Below the pieces are notes generated by a model. That model had not been told where the DNA came from, searched no databases, and saw only the letters and a program-made list of their open reading frames with translations. Below, piece after piece: positions 34,083 through 36,527 of a DNA stretch of 36,527 nt (positions within the stretch are counted from its first letter, which is position 1; the number at the start of each line of letters is the position of its first letter). The DNA is from an uncultured Coriobacteriaceae bacterium. Lineage in GTDB: Bacteria; Actinomycetota; Coriobacteriia; Coriobacteriales; UMGS124. Both the position numbers and the translations under genes were made by a program. Where the stretch lies: the NCBI GenBank assembly GCA_902783515.1, contig CACZRK010000170.1:1-36527 (forward strand). Direction: 5' to 3'.

Positions 34083-36185
34083 CTATGCCTTCACTGCCTG
34101 TTCGAGAGCACGTTTGACCGCCATCTTGATGGCGTTTGACGTGACAGTTGCGCCCGCAACGCCGTCAAGCTTGTAACTCTGCGCTTCCTCGACCTGCTTC
34201 GCGTAGGTGCCGTCCTCGATCGCCTCGTAGCCGCCGATGCCCTTCGTCTCGTTGTTCGGTGAGATGTCGGACACCGCGATGTGGCCGTCCTTGACTTGGA
34301 TCGTGACGTCGATCTCGCCAACGATGCCGTAACCGTAGCCGGTGTACGTCCCATCGGCAAATGCGGCGCCGTCAAGATCCTCGTCGCTCTGCTTTGCCTT
34401 TGCGCTGTCGTCCTGATGACGCTGGATGCCCAGCGACGCGGGCGGCACGTAGTCGGGGTCGGCTGCGATGCCTGACCAGCCACCGGCGAGGTACTTGCCC
34501 GTGAGGTAGCCGAAGGTGATGCAGTTCATGCCGAGGTTGTGCCCCTCAACCAGGAAGTTGTAGCTGTTCGCGAACGCGTCGCCCACCATGGTGCCGATGT
34601 TGAACAGTCCCTCAATGGGGGTGTCGTCATCCTCGCACACCTGCATGTTGATGTTGGTGCGCAGGCCACCGAGGATCGTAAGGAACTTCGGAGCGTCCTT
34701 GCGATAGCCGTAGAATGGTGCGGTACGCACGGGAACGAGCAGCTCGGGACGCTTGTGGAAGTCCTCGTCAACGCCGGCATCGCACAGCTCGTTGTAGCGC
34801 TCGATGGAAGCGATCATGGCGTCGGCGTCGACGCCCATCTGGGAGGCGAGGTCCTCCAGCGTGTCCGCCTTGAACATGCTGCCCGCCTCGACCTTTGCAT
34901 CCCAGGACGCGAGCACCTCGTCCGCCGTCATGTCGCCCTCGCCGTAGACGTTCTTCCAGTTGTGCCACGGCATGTGATGCGAGGGATACTCGGCATCGAA
35001 CACGGCATTGATGGGGCCTTCGTGCTTGATCACGTACGGCAGGTGGCCGACGCCCATGTCCTCGCAGCAGAACCGCTTGCCTGCATCGTTGACCATGATG
35101 GTGTCGGGCGCGTTCCACGGCTGCGAGCATGGCGCGGCGAACGTGGCTGCCATCGCGGCGTTGGGGATCGTGCGCTGCCACGCCGCACCGACCCACAGGC
35201 CCATCTGCTGGCCCCGGCCCTTGTACAGTCCGCCGTAGACCTTGCCGAGCGTGTCGGGCGTCTGCGCCTCGTCCCAGTTGGTGACCCAATCGACGGCCTC
35301 GGGGGCGTAGCGCTCCATCATCTCGCGATTGCCCGAGAAGTCGCCTGTCGCAAGCACGATGCCCGTGGTTCCGACGAACTTGACGTAGTTTCCGTCGGCG
35401 TCGCTGCCGATCACTGCGTCCACGCGTCCGGTCGTTCCATTGGGGACGCCGCCGCGCACCAGCTGCTCAGCATGCGTGTTGAAGTAGAATGTGACGCCTT
35501 GCTCCTCGCAGAGCTTGCGCAGCGCGAAGACGAGAGACGGCTGACCGTCGGCGACGACGGGGAAGTCGTCGTTGTTCCAGCAGTGCGACTCCTCCGGGCC
35601 GAAGAGAGGATAGGTGCGCATGTCATCGGGCCAGACGTTGCTCTGCTCGATGGTGATGCGGATCCCCTCAACCTGGGAGGTGCGGTCAATGAGCCAGTTG
35701 ATGGACTCTTCGGAGTTGTTGTACCACTTGTGCCACTTTGCGACGTCGATGTTGAACGACGCCTGCGCCATCTGAGCCAGTAGGAATCGTTCGTCGATGC
35801 GCGGCAGGCCGTACTCATTCATGATCGTGGAGTACACGACGGCGTTAGATCCGCCGCGGGCGACGACGTTGGGACTTTGGGCGAACACCACGACCTTGAG
35901 CCCACGCTCCGCCGCCGAGAGCGCGCAGCACAGACCGGCGGTGCCGGCACCGACGATGACAACGTCGGCGGTGATCGTCTCGGTGATGTCGGCGTCGGCG
36001 ATCGGGTCCGGCGGCGTCATGAACGACGGGGTGGCATCGTGTGCCGCGGAATCCTTCGCTGCGGATGGCGACTCCGCTGCGAGTGCCGTGCTCGTGCCTG
36101 CCGAGACGATCGTCGCGCCGGCGGCCGTCATCGCGGCGCCCGTGATGAATGACCGGCGGTCCATCTGTGCTCCTGCGTGAGTCAT
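34083..36185 (-). CDS. Tat-signal FAD-dependent reductase with a C-terminal FMN_bind-like domain (700 aa)
   Basis: AGGAGG lies 5 nt upstream of the ATG. MTHAGAQMDRRSFITGAAMTAAGATIVSAGTSTALA is the Tat signal and ADVVIVGAGTAGLCCALSAAERGLKVVVF is the FAD fold. The tail GIVGEIDVTIQVKDGHIAVSDISPNNETKGIGG...LDGVAGATVTSNAIKMAV looks like an FMN_bind module. Confidence 0.9.
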   Translation of the reverse strand: MTHAGAQMDRRSFITGAAMTAAGATIVSAGTSTALAAESPSAAKDSAAHDATPSFMTPPDPIADADITETITADVVIVGAGTAGLCCALSAAERGLKVVVFAQSPNVVARGGSNAVVYSTIMNEYGLPRIDERFLLAQMAQASFNIDVAKWHKWYNNSEESINWLIDRTSQVEGIRITIEQSNVWPDDMRTYPLFGPEESHCWNNDDFPVVADGQPSLVFALRKLCEEQGVTFYFNTHAEQLVRGGVPNGTTGRVDAVIGSDADGNYVKFVGTTGIVLATGDFSGNREMMERYAPEAVDWVTNWDEAQTPDTLGKVYGGLYKGRGQQMGLWVGAAWQRTIPNAAMAATFAAPCSQPWNAPDTIMVNDAGKRFCCEDMGVGHLPYVIKHEGPINAVFDAEYPSHHMPWHNWKNVYGEGDMTADEVLASWDAKVEAGSMFKADTLEDLASQMGVDADAMIASIERYNELCDAGVDEDFHKRPELLVPVRTAPFYGYRKDAPKFLTILGGLRTNINMQVCEDDDTPIEGLFNIGTMVGDAFANSYNFLVEGHNLGMNCITFGYLTGKYLAGGWSGIAADPDYVPPASLGIQRHQDDSAKAKQSDEDLDGAAFADGTYTGYGYGIVGEIDVTIQVKDGHIAVSDISPNNETKGIGGYEAIEDGTYAKQVEEAQSYKLDGVAGATVTSNAIKMAVKRALEQAVKA

Positions 36186-36527
36186 GCATGCCTCCTAGTG
36201 TTCGCATGGTGCGTATCCCGCGTCCGCCTCATGGTTACTGCCCGGACACGGGCGCGCCGTCCCATCGCGAGACGGCTGATCTGAGGGACACGCTATCGGC
36301 ATGCAGCCGGCGGCGGAACACCTTGAGAGTGTGTCGGGCCCGCTCGAACTGCCCACATAAAACGGGTAGGGTGCGTCTCAGAACGTGGGCATTGACGTTG
36401 TAAGCAGGAAAAATGACGAACAGGGAGCATGGGAGGCGAGGAAAGACCAGCTATCTGAAGTCAAGCCCAAGAGGCTGACTTTTCGATAGGGACCTTGAGA
36501 GCCGGATATGGGATAAGGGGCGCGTCA

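Noticed and set aside
36471-36527. GAGGCTGACTTTTCGATAGGGACCTTGAGAGCCGG at the right edge resembles the 5' end of tmRNA (GGGGCUGA...GGAUUCGAC.GGGA...CUUGAG..GAGCCGG).
   Set aside because: It lacks the obligatory GGGG start and the GG preceding UUCGAC, and the spacing is too short. The rest of the molecule would lie outside the window, so it cannot be validated. It is worth checking with a tmRNA covariance model on the extended sequence.

Overview
This is a 36.5-kb window of mosaic composition, mostly high in G+C. Hand counts per 60-nt line run from about 35% G+C (3841-3960, 12181-12300) to about 77% (24061-24120). The gene content best fits a Coriobacteriia/Eggerthellaceae-type gut anaerobe, but that is inference only. 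The window is an accessory locus of respiratory-type reductases. It holds nine genes for Tat-signal, FAD-dependent, fumarate-reductase-like flavoproteins; one is cut by the left edge and two carry a C-terminal FMN_bind-like module. There are also two decayed reductase remnants. Six membrane-embedded LuxR-type one-component regulators of about 12 TM segments are present, five of them divergently paired with a reductase, plus one orphan LuxR HTH remnant. A MerR regulator is paired with a reductase on a low-G+C island. A MocR (GntR-aminotransferase) regulator lies divergent from an 11-haem c-type cytochrome. A RelB/DinJ-PIN toxin-antitoxin pair sits in a segment that appears to have truncated a cytochrome-reductase operon. 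I recognised no rRNA, tRNA, CRISPR or transposase genes. Many long ORFs in the track are antisense or alternate-frame shadows typical of GC-rich DNA and were not called. All functional calls come from reading motifs by eye; no database search was run.
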